Source of the DNA: Octopus vulgaris
Taxonomy: Eukaryota
NCBI GenBank assembly: GCA_951406725.2
Contig: OX597834.1
Coordinates: 14,384,001-14,448,000 of the forward strand
DNA: 64,000 bases
Reading direction: 5' to 3'
Shown here: positions 28,420 to 43,097 of the stretch, piece by piece
Position numbering within the stretch: the first letter of the stretch is position 1
Layout of the letters: every line of letters starts with the position of its first letter
Notes under the pieces: generated by a model
The model's input: the letters and a program-made list of their open reading frames with translations, nothing else
What the model was told of the DNA's origin: nothing
Databases searched by the model: none
Made by a program: the position numbers and the translations under genes

Positions 28420-28502
28420 TTCTGATCACTGCCTGGAACCGAACTCGGAATCTTGGGGCTAGTAGCCCGCACTCTTGACCACTACGCCATATGCCCGTGG
28501 GC
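28420..28502 (-). mobile_element. Isolated tRNA-derived SINE head followed by (AAT)n
   Basis: Minus strand GGGCATATGGCGTAGTGGTCAAGAGTGCGGGCTACTAGCCCCAAGATTCCGAGTTCGGTTCCAGGC: A box, anticodon-like stem GGGC/GCCC, B box. No proper acceptor stem. Confidence 0.75.
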
Positions 28503-28605
<103 letters not shown>

Positions 28606-28649
28606 TGATGATGATGATGATTATCATAACAACAACAACAACACCAACA

Positions 28650-28800
28650 ACATCGAAAAGTTTATTAGGTATGAGAACCCAGGTCTGATATTTCCAAAAG
28701 CCACCTGATGAACCCTGGCGTGTTTTTCAGCCGAAAAGTTGTGTTAACAATAAAAGAGGAGAGGACAAAAATCTGTCAATGTAAATAATGTAAATAATGC
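28650..28800 (+). mobile_element. HHR family A module, copy 3
   Basis: GCCAC-CTGATGA-accctg...cagcc-GAAA-agtt-GTGTT at 28700-28745. Stem II mutated. Preceded by (AAT)n/(AAC)n. Confidence 0.7.
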
Positions 28801-29253
28801 ACAGAATGTAAAGTATATATAACATACAGAAAACAGCTCTGCTTAGGCATCGCACTCATCCGACGTAAAACACTTTCAATACAGTAAAAGTAAGATCATC
28901 ACAACAAAACATAGCCCACATCGAAGGCACACAACGCTGTGCTCGGTAGCGCAGTGAAAGCGTGCGATAAAAATTAAGACTACTGAATCAAGAGACACTC
29001 TTCGTCTATCTCGAACAAAATCAAAATCCTCAATGTCCCCATTTCGTCTTCATAGGAAAATTCACACCTAAACTTAAATTATATCCAAGCATCCATCACG
29101 AATAGATGTAGCTTCTTAGTTGTTGTTTTTATTTCTTTCTTTCTATTACCGTCTTTAATTTTAGGTTGTCTCCTTCAAACAGCCATACGTCGAAATCGAC
29201 GGCAGCAACCGTTGTTGCTATTGTTATTATTATTATTATTACTATTATTATCA

Positions 29254-29335
<82 letters not shown>

Positions 29336-29340
29336 CATCA

Positions 29341-29392
<52 letters not shown>

Positions 29393-29397
29393 CATCA

Positions 29398-29434
<37 letters not shown>

Positions 29435-29469
29435 CGATATTATTATTATTAATATTATTATTATTATTA

Positions 29470-29526
<57 letters not shown>

Positions 29527-29717
29527 TATTATTATTTGTTATTATTTTTATTATTATTATTATCATTATTATTATCATCATTATTATTATTTATTTATTA
29601 TTATTATTATTATTATCATTATTATTATCATCATTATTATTATTTATTTATTATTATTATTATTATTATTTATTATTATTATTATTATCATTATTATTAT
29701 TTATTATTATTATTTGC

Positions 29718-29780
<63 letters not shown>

Positions 29781-30739
29781 ATGGAAATTGGGATTATGCG
29801 GTGTTGTAAGTGTTTGGTTGATTCCTGATAAACAACCTCTAGCTCTTGCTTTAATTACTTTGGGTTTGTTGCGTCAATAAATAAAAGAAGAGTTGTTACA
29901 CCCTTGTGATTATCAATGAAGTCCTCGAGTAAGAGTCTGTCGACAACAGAGAGCTGGTGATAAATAATTCAAATATGTAATCTATAAGAGCGTCTGAAAA
30001 GGGTTAACTACAACCGTAATGTAATTTATATGTTAAGAAAAGATGCAATCTCATTTAGAATATCGTATCCTTTTCTCTTATTTTTTTTTGCGCTGTATCA
30101 ATGATCAAAGGATGACAGAGATAAACACACAACGTTTCAGCTAATGAAAATAACAAAAACAACTATATAAAAGATAAAGAAAATATGCAAAAACATACGC
30201 AAATGGTTCATTAACAAAGCCTTTAGACGGAGCGGAAAAAAAAATGTAAAGTTAATAACAAAAGACAATAATGTAAGGATTAAACACACTTGAAAAGCCT
30301 TATGGAATCATAACGTGTGTCCTTGTTTTCGATATTGTTGTTGCTGTTTTAGTTTTGTTTTTATTTTGATTTTTTTCTTTTTCTTTTTGGTTTCGTGTAT
30401 GGAAATTCTGGAATGAGATGCGATTATCCATCATTGTGTAAATGCCTGACTCTAGTTAAAACGTTCGTTCGGTAATGAATGAAAGAAAATAAAAGAAAAT
30501 AGAAAGAAGAAAGGAAAAGGCAAAAAAAAGATACAACTAAACTAAAGACTGAATCGGATAGGAAAATGAAAGTAAGACAAGGAAAAGGCGGTAATGGAAA
30601 CTGTGTGAATATGTATTTAAGAGACTGGGTAAAAATATATGTTTTTGGAAAGCTTAAATAGAAAGATTATTTGAGGGGTATTGAGAGAATCGCAAATAGG
30701 TAGATAGACAGATCGACATACTAGCATACGTATATATAT

Positions 30740-30793
<54 letters not shown>

Positions 30794-30868
30794 TTATCTA
30801 TACATTTATCTATCTATCTATTTATCAATCCATCTAACTACCTCTCTCTATATGTGTATGTATATATG

Positions 30869-30915
<47 letters not shown>

Positions 30916-31010
30916 ATAAAACGGTAAGATAACAAAAGAAAGAAAGAGACCTCAATATTATGTAAATATATATATATATATATACATAAATGTACGTGTT
31001 GTGTCATTCT

Positions 31011-31061
<51 letters not shown>

Positions 31062-31209
31062 CAACAAATTTCTACTTATATATATATATATATATCAAGT
31101 TTGTATATAAGTATATGTGAGTATATATGCATGTGAAGAGAGTGAGGTATATACATACCTACACACATTTATATGTAAATAGAGAGTGAGAGAAAGAAAG
31201 AATGATTGA

Positions 31210-31236
31210 TCGATAGATAGATAGATAGGTAGATAA

Positions 31237-31286
<50 letters not shown>

Positions 31287-31287
31287 G

Positions 31288-31366
<79 letters not shown>

Positions 31367-31370
31367 GGAT
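31210..31370. repeat. (GATA)n microsatellite; (GACA)n at about 31480-31516
   Basis: Directly visible. Confidence 0.98.
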
Positions 31371-31868
31371 ACAACGAGCTCATGCACAGAAAATCCATAC
31401 ATACACATATACATATATACATGCATACATACATTCATACATGCGTACTGGCAGAGAGAGTGAGGGAGAGAAAGAGGCGCAGACAGACAGACAGACAGAT
31501 AGACTGACAGACAGACACATAGATAAATTGGAATAAATTCAGAAAGACAAAGACTTGTCTAAGTAGAAAAATAAAATGCAGAGCTGAAAGATGATAAAAG
31601 TTTAATGCTTTGAAAGACGTAATTCCCAGGAACTGGATTGATTTACTGAAATCTTGTTAGAGAAGAAAGTGGATCTTTCATTATAGAAGTTGTATTCAAA
31701 TGAGAATAATAATTATAATAAAGATAGATATCTATCTTTGGAAAAATTGTTTGCAAGATGAGTAAAACACATGGGAATTTTTCTTCTAAAATTCGTGTTT
31801 ATACCATATTTTATATTATTTCTGTACTTTCGTTCCTAAGTTTTTATTATTATTATTATTGTTATTAC

Positions 31869-31964
<96 letters not shown>

Positions 31965-32891
31965 CATTATTATTATTTTTATTATTATTATTACTATTAT
32001 TATTATTACTATTATTATTATTATTATTATCATTATTATTATTTTTATTATTATTATTATCATTATAATTATTATTATCATTATTATTATTATTACTATT
32101 ATTATTATTATTATCATCATCATCATTATTATTATCATTATTATTATTATCATTATTATTATTATTATCATTATTATTATTTTTATTATCATTATTACTA
32201 TTATTATTATTATTATCATTAATATTATTACTATTATTATTATTATCATTATTATCATTAATATTATTATTATCATCATCATTATCAACATGATCATCAT
32301 CATCATCACCATCATTATCGTCATCATCATCATTATCATAATCATCATCATCATTATAATCATCATCATCATCATTATCATCACCATCCTCATCATTATC
32401 ATCATCATCAACATCATCGCTGTTGTTTCTTGTCTTTTGCGTTTTTATTTTTCGTCTTTTGTGTCGCTTGTGTTCTTATTGATTGGAACTGTTTTGCAAA
32501 GAATCCCAAGGGACAGCAGAATGCTTCATTCAATAAGATAACAGTTCCTCTTCATCGTTTCCACTGCAACAGATAATGTAGAAAGAAATCGCCGCAAAAG
32601 GTAGCGACGTGTGTGTTTAGAATATCGAATTTTCTGCTCACTCAAATATTAACAGAACTTTTGGTATTTTCTTTTTTTTCGTTTTGTAACTCTTTGTTTC
32701 GTGTTCATCTTATCTTCCTTTCTTTCGTTTTTAGCATTGTTTCTCTCAACATATTCCACATCCGCCTACTTATCCCACTGCTGTTGCTGCTACTACTACT
32801 ACAACTAGTAGTAGTACTAGTAACTGTTTGATTGTACCCGAGTCAACGACTTTATCAAGTTTATTCATTTTCAGTTACTTCGCCGTGTATA

Positions 32892-32927
<36 letters not shown>

Positions 32928-33020
32928 ATGTATCTATATATATTCATATATATTAGTATTTACACATATATATATAATTATATATATATATATATTCATA
33001 TATGTATACATATATATATT

Positions 33021-33059
<39 letters not shown>

Positions 33060-33151
33060 TCATATATATATATATATATTCATATATATATGTATATATA
33101 TATATATTCATATATATATATATACATATATACATACACAGACACACACAC

Positions 33152-33192
<41 letters not shown>

Positions 33193-33854
33193 GATAGGCT
33201 TGTATGCCTGCATGAACATACGTATGTATGCAGTAAGTATGTGTTTGTGCACGCATGGTTGTATTTACGTATGCATGTAGGTATTCGTGTATGTATGTAG
33301 GTATGTATGAATGTATGTGTGGATGTATGTGTGCATGTATATCGTGGTGTTGTTATGTACTAAGAGTACTCGTAAATCATTTGTGTTTGATCCTGCTCTT
33401 AATTTTCTTCTTTTCCTTTTCATTATCACCATTCATCATCATCATCATAATTACCACCATTATACACTTCATCACCTTCATCCTCACCGGTTTCATTATC
33501 ATCATCTTCATGATCATCACCATCATCATCGTTGTCATCATCCCAATCCTATATCCTTCTGGGGTTTTTTTTTTTTAAACTTGGTTCGTTGGTTAGGTTT
33601 TTGTAAGGACAGTTTTCTTTTAGTTCTATTCTGTTTTCTTTTCTCGAAAACATGATATTCTGCAATTGTCACATTCGTCTGAGAGTCGGAGAAAACAAAT
33701 TTTTGTACTCAATCCGGTACTTTAAACTTGTTTCGAAATACGTGGGAGATCACCGTTGCCTGTTATTGTTTGCCCACCGCGATAAACATAGCGTAGAAAT
33801 CATACAGTAGAATCAATTTCCAAGACTATCACGGCTGCAAATTATAATATTGAT

Positions 33855-34139
33855 CCTTCTTCTTCTTCTTCTTCTTCTTCTTCTTCTTCTTCTTCTTCTT
33901 CTTCTTCTTCTTCTTCTTCTTCTTCTTCTTCTTTTTCTTCTTCTTCTTCTTCTTCTTCTTCTACTTCTTTTTCTTCTTCTTCTTCTTCTTCTTCTTTTCA
34001 TTATTATTATTATTATTATTATTAATATCATCATTATTATTGTCAATATTATTATTATTATTATTATTATCAATATTATTATTATTATTATTATCGGTAG
34101 AAGTAGTAGTAGTATTAGTAGTAGTAGTAGTAGTGGTAA

Positions 34140-34184
<45 letters not shown>

Positions 34185-34200
34185 GAGGAGGAGGAGGAGT
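33855..34200. repeat. Compound (CTT)n-(ATT)n-(AGT)n-(GGA)n microsatellite
   Basis: Directly visible. Confidence 0.98.
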
Positions 34201-34224
34201 AAGACAGCAAGTTGATAGACCATA

Positions 34225-34460
34225 TGGCTAGCTGGTATTTTTCTCAGCTTTAAGTTCTGAGTTCAAATTCCGCCGATGTTCACTTTGCATTTCGTCTATT
34301 AGGGGCCGATAAAATATGTACTAGTTACGTACAGAGGCAGGTATAATCGCGCTACCCATACCTCCCACCAAAGGCTTCAGGACTTGTACCTATACTAGAA
34401 AGTATTGTCGTTGTTCTAGTTCTCGTGTTTGTTTGTTGTTGTCGATGTTGCTTCTGCTGC

Positions 34461-34494
<34 letters not shown>

Positions 34495-34712
34495 GCTGTT
34501 GTTAAAATGTTGCGTTTACTGCATCTGTAGCACGTCAGAGGAGACCCTTTCCCTATTTTACCCATCCTAACCTTCTGAGTTCGAATTCCGCAAAGGTCAA
34601 TTTACTCTTCATCATTTTGTGGTCCATAAAATAGGCCCCAGTGGTTAAGCCGAAGGACCGTCTTATTATCCTTGCCCCTCCAAACTACTCTCCTTGTGGC
34701 AAACTTATAAAG
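34225..34712 (+). mobile_element. Two diverged SINE family M copies (34225-34400, 34573-34712)
   Basis: TTCTGAGTTCxAATTCCGC B box plus core in both. Confidence 0.65.
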
Positions 34713-35117
34713 GATATCTCAGGAATTATTGTTTTGTTTTCTTAATTTTGTTACCTGTATGTTAAACAAAGATTATATCGATCCTTGTGATTCGTTATAT
34801 ATATATATATATGTATATATATATACAATAATAATGATAATAATAATAATAATAATAATAAAATCCAATTTAGAAATGCTAAATCAAATTTCACAAAATA
34901 TAATATAATATATATATATATATAAATTAGAAAAACATACCTTTTAGCAATTCAAAATTTACGCAATTTACTTAATCATCAGTATATTATTGTTATTTTA
35001 ATTTTAATATTTCTACTATAGGTAATTTTCTAGATGGTGTAATTTAATTGTTCATTTTGAATTGATGCAAGCTGTTTATTCTAATTTATATACATATACA
35101 TATACATATATATATAT

Positions 35118-35465
<348 letters not shown>

Positions 35466-36045
35466 TGTATATGTATATATGTATATATATATATTCAAGG
35501 ATTACTTTGTTGAATTACGTTGGACACAGTAAATACAATGTCTGTTCCAGTGCAAAAGACTGTTTTGGTAAATGTCTGTATTTCAGTTTCCTCGTGGAAT
35601 AAATTAAACTTTGAACAAAGTTTCGTTTCAACATTTTCACTTACTCATAATTTACAATTATTTGCTTAAAAGCGGCGGCGTGTGGACGTGATTACCACAT
35701 GTTGGCTGTAACAAGAGAATCAAATACGTCCCTCAGCCATTATAAATATTTGAATAAATTTTTAACACAAACTTCAAGATATAAACAGAAATCAGTAGCT
35801 GTGAAGATCAAACACAGGAACAGAAAGATTTTTGTTATACAACACTGTAAGGATATTGATTTAAGGTTCCATACTAACGTAGTAAAACATCAAACATATC
35901 AGGGAAAATTACTCCCACCTACGCACAACCAGATTCTGCCGAACGTAAATATTAGTAGAAACCACTGATAATTTCACTTCGTTGACTGTCAATAAAACTT
36001 AATCTGTGTCTAGAGGTTGGAGTTAGAGAGAAACTAAACATACCA

Positions 36046-36441
36046 GCAATGTGGCACAAACGAAACAATCCTTCTCCTTATTTCAAATATTTGTTCGAAT
36101 GAGGGCTAAGACAAGAAGTACCATTCTTGTATCGTCGTCATAACTCGTGAAATCTAGGGTAGTCTTCAAATATATATGAAACAGCAGCTAAAGAATGTCG
36201 GTGTTCCTGGCACTGTAAAGTCCATATCCTGTAGCACATTACATTGATATTCGATTATAAGACCATGGTTACTATGGGTCACATAACTGCAATGTGGCAC
36301 AAACGAAAAAAATCCTTCTCCTTATTTCAGATATTTGTTCGAATGAGGGCTAAGACAAGACGTACCATTCTTGTATCGTCGTTATAACTCGTGAAATCTA
36401 GGGTGGTCTTCAAATATCTATGAAACAGCAGCTAAAGAATG
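36046..36441 (+). repeat. ~152-bp direct repeat pair (36046-36197, 36289-36441) with a 91-bp spacer
   Basis: GCAATGTGGCACAAACG...CAGCAGCTAAAGAATG appears twice with few differences. Confidence 0.95.
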
Positions 36442-36658
36442 AATATAAAGGCAAACATGACAGATTCAATAAAAGTATGCATTCGAAGTTTAGTGGATCC
36501 CTAACGCTCAACTTTGTGCAACGTTGATCTACAAAACGTGTTCCCTCTTGTTCTGCTACATGGCAGTCCAGAAAAACAGGACAGCATTCGTCCTAGTTTT
36601 CTGGACTGTCTTGTTAGCTTGGCGGTAAGTATTAAAGTTCAGAACAATTTAATGTGAA

Positions 36659-37145
<487 letters not shown>

Positions 37146-38142
37146 GTACAAAACTTGTTGAGTACTAGTATCGATGTAATCGTTTTAATCCCTGCCCCCA
37201 AATTGCTGCTCTCCTGCCAAAATTTGAAATCATCGACATTTTTATTATTATTTTCGAAACGATCGTTCCCTTCTCTCTGCCACTGTCTTTCTCTTTCTTC
37301 CCTTCCTCACCCCTCCTCCATCTCTGCTCCCATCTCCCTCCCTATATCTGTCCCACACTCTCTCTCTCTCTCTGTCTCTCTCTCACACATTTTTTCTGAT
37401 AAGTGCAACTATTTCAGAGAGAACTATATCTCACATAGCTGTTATATATTTTAACAACCCTGTGTATGAAACTGGATTTGTATATATATAGATAGATAGA
37501 TAGATATATGTTATAGCGTGACATCAAGCACCTATTGTATATGAATGCACGCACGTAGTACACTGTTTCAACCGACCATTGAAAGCACAGCTCCAATACA
37601 TTGCAAGGATTTCCTCAGAAACATTAACTCGAATATTGATTGAGAGAACCTCGAATATTGCTAACGCACACTAATATTATATTTGATAATGAAGCACAAA
37701 TGAACGAATTAAATGAAGAACGGGTTTAGAAATTACGATGAATTAATGTATTCGACCGTGTACAATACAAACTTACATAAATGAAAGCATTCGTTAAGAA
37801 TTAATGATATAGACATAATGGCTTAATCAGGGCTAAATTGAAAATAGCTAACGTATATCAAATTTAAAATGTTGTACTACGTTAATAATATTGCTGTGTG
37901 AATACTAATACAAGTTTATAATTGGCTCTGATGGAAGCTAAGTAAATTAGGGAGACTAGAATGGCAAACGAGGATAATTATTACAGAATTTCCGATGCAC
38001 CAACACGCAAGTATCACATTTAGCACCTTTCGAATGAGGTACAAATAGACTTCATAGAGAAAGTGTTATCGAAAAAATACCCACCTATACACCCATGCCT
38101 TGTAAGAACACCAGTTTGTTCTTTTCTGGCAATACCTGGCTC

Positions 38143-38290
38143 ATAAGGGCCGTTTTCCCGGTTTCCTTGGCGTATAGGTTATCTACCTGGACGGGACACC
38201 GATCCGACGCGGGTGAGCTGTAAGATGCAAGAGGAAAGAGTGAGAGAAAGTTGTAGCGAAAGAGTCAGCAGATGTTCGCCATTATCTTCC
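38143..38290 (-). mobile_element. SINE family R fragment with a third tail type (C)
   Basis: Shares GAAAGAGTGAGAGAAAGTTGTxGCGAAAGAGT with 11860-11900 and 56815-56850, but the sequence to its left is unrelated. Confidence 0.55.
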
Positions 38291-38433
38291 CCCTCTCTCT
38301 CTCTAGCCAATACAATTACGCAAAGACAAATATATATATATACACCAATGTACAGGGAAAACACACAAAGATAGACACACACTCATACAGAAATACGTAC
38401 ACATATGTGTGTATGCATGTATGTATGTATGCT

Positions 38434-38880
38434 TACTCTTTTATTCTTTTACTCTTTCATTTGTTTCAGTCATGTGACTGTGGCCATGCTGGAGCTCCGC
38501 ATTTAGTCGAGCAAATCGACTCCAGGACGTATTCTTTGTAAGCCTAGTACTTATTCTATCGGTCCCTTTCGCCGAACCGCTAAGTTACGGGGACGTAAAC
38601 TCAACAGCATCGGTTGTCAAGCGATGTTGGGGGACAAACACAGACACACAAACACATACACATACGTGCATATATATACATATATACGACAGGCTTCTTT
38701 CAGTTTCTGTCTACCAAATCCACTCACAAGGCTTTGGTCGGCCCGAGGCTATAGTAGAAGACACTTGCCCAAGGTGCCAGGCAGTGGGACTGAACCCGGA
38801 ACAATGTGGTTCGTAAGCAAGCTACTTACCACACAGCCACTCCTACGCCTATACTTACCACATAGCCACTACTACGCCTA
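38434..38880 (-). mobile_element. SINE family C, full length, TSD TATGCTTA, duplicated 5' end
   Basis: TATGCTTA at 38428-38435 and 38881-38888. A ~29-bp head segment is repeated within 38824-38881. Confidence 0.95.
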
Positions 38881-39181
38881 TATGCTTAAATATAAAAAGA
38901 ATTTAAATTTTCATTTGCGTGCGTATACTAAACTCTGTGTGTCATTGGCAGTTTCGTTCCATCATATATTAGTTGTATCGTCTCTCCATTACCTTCGCAT
39001 TAACTTCTACCGCGTGCAGCTTATGTTTTTCGCTCATAAACACACACATCGCCCGGTCTGAAATTCGATTAGCTACTTTCAGTTTCCGCCTATCCAATAC
39101 ACTCACAAGGCTTTGTCGGGCCCGAGGCTATTGTAGGGGACACTTGCTCAAAGTGCTATGCAGTTCTATCGAACACGCAAC

Positions 39182-39930
39182 CGTAATACGTCAATGCCTT
39201 TACCATGACGATTCCTGTTCTCAATGTCAACTGAACTTCTGGTTCTTAATATTAAAACATCCACAGTGGCATAGGCGTAGGAGTGGCTGTGTGGTAAGTA
39301 GTTTGTTTACCAACCACATGGTTCCGGGTTTAGTCCCATTGTGTGGCACCTTGTGCAAGTGTCTTCTGCTATAGCCCCGGGCCGACCAATGCCTTGTGAG
39401 TGGATTTGGTAGACGGAAACTGAAAGAAGCCTGTCATACATATGTATATATATATATATATATATATGTATGCGTGTGTATATGTTTGTGTGTCTGTGTT
39501 TGTCCCCCTAGCATTGCTTGACAAGCGATACTGGTGTGTTTACGTTCCCGTCACTTAGCGGTTCGGCAAAAGAGACCGATAGAATAAGTACTGGGCTTAC
39601 AAAGAATAAGTCCCGGGTTCGATTTTCTCGACTAAAGGCGATGCTCCAGCATGGCCGCAGTCAAATGACTGAAACAAGTAAAAGAAGAAAAAAAGGAGGA
39701 AAAAGAAAAAATACATATTTGAAATATATATACGGAAAAGAAATCAAGCAGCTACAAATTATCCACAATAAAATCCGTTTTCAATGTGTTTTCATCCCTT
39801 CGGTGACACAAACAAGTACGAATCAGATACAGTTTTGTATAGAATAGAGAAACAACACAATATTAAGAACCAGAAATTCAGTTGACATTGAGAACTGGAA
39901 TCGTCATGGTAAAGGCATTGACGTATTACG
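39182..39930. mobile_element. MITE with 72-bp TIRs, carrying a nested SINE
   Basis: 39182-39253 versus the reverse complement of 39859-39930: 70/72 identical. Confidence 0.88.
39271..39690 (+). mobile_element. SINE family C, full length, inside the MITE
   Basis: ATAGGCGTAGGAGTGGCTGTGTGG head through GAAACAAGTAAAAGA tail. Confidence 0.95.
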
Positions 39931-40562
39931 TGTAATATTAGACATATCCATTATCTTTCATGATATACAAACCAGTAAAGGAAATCGAAGTCAAATAATG
40001 ATCATACTGGTGTACATGTGCATTGACTTATTGATATTTTCGCTTCATAACTCATATATGGAATGTATGACAAATGTTTGCTTCGATTTCCAAAGTAACT
40101 ATCGCATGTAAATATAGAAGATTCCACGAGTAAGAATTCATTCACCGAAAATGAAAAAAAAAAGAAAAGAAAAATTTGATATGACAAATATTACAAATGA
40201 AAAGAATATAATTTCGTGCAAGGTTAAAATGGGCATGTTTATATAGCGTTATGAAATCGGAGCGGCAAAATCCTACGTAACGCCTGTAACAAATAATCTG
40301 TTATTCAATGAAATGATAACTGTTTAAATATATGCTCTGACATCACTCCTGAATTCGTATAAATGAAAAGCAAAGGCATAACCACAACAAGGATAAGTTT
40401 ATATATACTAAACACATATTACAGCTAAAAGGAAGAAATGAGGCAACAATGAAATGCGCAATTAAATTAGTGTCATGGTGGAAGCTTGGTAAAACATCTT
40501 TCTTCCATCGTATTCAAGCTATAATATCTATATGCATCCCTGATAATAGGATCCAATCTATC

Positions 40563-40803
40563 ACTTTACCTAATTCTTTACTACCCTCAAGGGGCTAAAC
40601 ACAGAGGGGACAAACAAAGACAGACATAGGTATTAAGTCGATTATATCGACTCCAGTGCGTCACTGGTTCTTATTAAATCAACCCCGAAAGGATGAAAGG
40701 CAAATTCGACCTCGGTGGAGTTTGAACTCAGAACGTAACGGCAGACGAAATACGGCCAAGCATTTCGCCCGGCGTGCTAACGCTTCTGCAAGCTCGCCGC
40801 CTT
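40563..40803 (-). mobile_element. SINE family M, full monomer
   Basis: Head through AAAGAATTAGGTA tail. Ends match a direct repeat CTATCACTTTACC at about 40558-40570 and 40804-40816. Confidence 0.9.
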
Positions 40804-40966
40804 CTATCACTTTACCACTTTTCATTTTATCTGTGGGAGTGGTCGTTCTTATTTCTAAACCATTGAGACTCGAATGGATTGTAATACTACTGATAGTACT
40901 ACAATGGGGAGCAAAGTTTTAACACTAATATCAAATTACAAACATTATTTTCACATATAATGTCAT

Positions 40967-41369
40967 ATACTCTTTTACTTGTTTCAGTCATTTGACTGCG
41001 GCCATGCTGGAGCACCGCCTTTTAGTCGAGCAACTCGATCCCGAGACTTATTCTTTGTAAGCCTAGTACTTATTCTATCGGTCACTTTTGCCGAACCGCT
41101 GCGTTACGGGGACATAAACACACCAGCATCAGTTGTCAAGCGATGTTGTGGGGACAAACACAGACGCCCAAACACACGCACATATATATATACATATACA
41201 TATATACGATGGGCTTCTTTCAGTTTCCGTCTACTAAATCCACTCACAAGGCTTTGGGTGGTCCGTGGCTATAGTAGAAGACACTTGCCCAAGGTGCCAT
41301 GCAGTGGGACTGAACCCAGAAACGTATGGTTGGTAAGCAAGCGACATGCCATAGTCACTCCTGCGTCTA
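40967..41369 (-). mobile_element. SINE family C
   Basis: Same consensus as 36659-37145. Confidence 0.93.
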
Positions 41370-41554
41370 TATTTACAACTATACATGATAACATTTATGA
41401 AAATACCGAAATCATATTAACCTAATAGCTAATTTGTAATTAATATTCCTATTAATTATATTAAATAATTATCATCGTCATTAAAATACACACAAGTCAT
41501 CTTCGGTCTCCTTAATGTTGTAATCGGCATCATTTACATTCCTATATAACGCTG

Positions 41555-41890
41555 AGAGTTGACAGACACGCCGAAAAATGCTTAGCGGCATTTCGTTCGT
41601 CTTTCCATTCTGATTTCAAATCTCGACGAGAACCCATTTGGCTATCATCCTTCGTGGTTGATAAAATAAGTACCTATTTAAAACTGGAGGGGGGGGATCA
41701 ATGAAAGTTTGGGGGAGAGGACTGATTTGTCGATTATATCGTCACCAGTGTTCAACTGGTATTTCTTTTATCGATCCTGAAATGATGAAAAGCAAATTCA
41801 CCCCGGCGAAATTTGAACTCAGAACGTAAAGATGGGCGAAACGCCGCTAAGCATTTCGCCCTTCGTGCAAAAGATTTTTCCAGCTCACCA
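41555..41890. mobile_element. Two diverged SINE M copies tail-to-tail (plus 41555-41700, minus 41708-41890)
   Basis: AAATGCTTAGCGGCATTTCG on plus; GAAATTTGAACTCAGAACG...GCTAAGCATTTCG on minus. Confidence 0.7.
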
Positions 41891-41946
41891 CGTTGATGCT
41901 AATAGTAATAATAATAACAATAATAATAATAATAATAATAATAATG

Positions 41947-42012
<66 letters not shown>

Positions 42013-42015
<3 letters not shown>

Positions 42016-42397
42016 TCCATTAGTGGCTGACGATATGTGCATCTCTTATCACGAGCACATGTAGTAGGGGTGCATCGTAGCCATGTGTTGAGAGGGATTC
42101 TTTGAGGTTTAAATAACTCACCTCTGAAAACAAGGGTGTTTCAACACCCTTAAACAATCCTTATACAGGGACCTTTTGAACGGATGGGTTACTCGACTAG
42201 AAGAAAATTCTAACTGGGCTCCACCTGCAAAGTCATGCGCTGTTTATCTTAAGATGAGATCACAATGTCGTGCATATATGGTCGTGATGCATGTACCTGG
42301 TGCACCCTTATCAGACGGGTAGTCATGATGGCTACACTGGGCTTCGTATATTTTACCCCAGTGTCACTTTGAGGGCATGCACTGCTCTCTCACTCAA
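42013..42397. mobile_element. (AAT)n-embedded non-coding element, same family as 2010-2287
   Basis: Bounded by (AAT)n on both sides. Overlaps in sequence with 2163-2287. Confidence 0.85.
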
Positions 42398-42435
42398 TAA
42401 TAACAACAACAATAATAATAATAATAATAATAACG

Positions 42436-42477
<42 letters not shown>

Positions 42478-42508
42478 GTAATAATAATAATAAAAATAAT
42501 AATAATAA

Positions 42509-42570
<62 letters not shown>

Positions 42571-42577
42571 ATAATAC

Positions 42578-42775
42578 TGGCCCCCTCCCTCAAAAATTTC
42601 GGGCGTTGTGCCTAGAGTAAAAAAGAATATGTTTCGAGTTCAAATTCCGCCGAGATCAACTTTGACTTTCATCCTTTCTGGATCGATAAAGTAAGTACCA
42701 GTGAAACACTGGGAATCGGTGTAATCGACTTATCTCCTACCCCAAAATGACTGCCCTTGTGGCAAAATTTGAAAC
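42578..42775 (+). mobile_element. SINE family M fragments
   Basis: GAGTTCAAATTCCGCCGAG...TCATCCTTTC...GATAAAGTAAGTACCAG. Confidence 0.75.
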
Positions 42776-42801
42776 TGCTGTTATTATTGTTATTATTATT
42801 A

Positions 42802-42864
<63 letters not shown>

Positions 42865-43097
42865 GTTGTGTTGTTAATACAGTCATCACCGCATCATCAT
42901 CGTTTTCCCTCATTGGTTGATATTATCCAATTATTTTTTTCCTGTGGAAAAATGAATAATAAATATCGAAAATAATATGAACATAACAATGAAAACAGAC
43001 TATTTTTTTTACATATTTATCTTATTTGTTATGTAATTTTTTTCTCTTTTTCAGCGAGTTTAATTTGTAAACAATGGAATGCAGAAACAACATAACA

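Noticed and set aside
26598-28502. tRNA genes at SINE heads (26598, 28420; also 11965-12043, 56925-56998 and about 8275-8335)
   Set aside because: A and B boxes are present, but acceptor stems do not close and the heads continue into SINE bodies or microsatellite.
33715-33835. Minus-strand exon candidate after TTTGCAG
   Set aside because: All three frames hit stops within about 35 nt.
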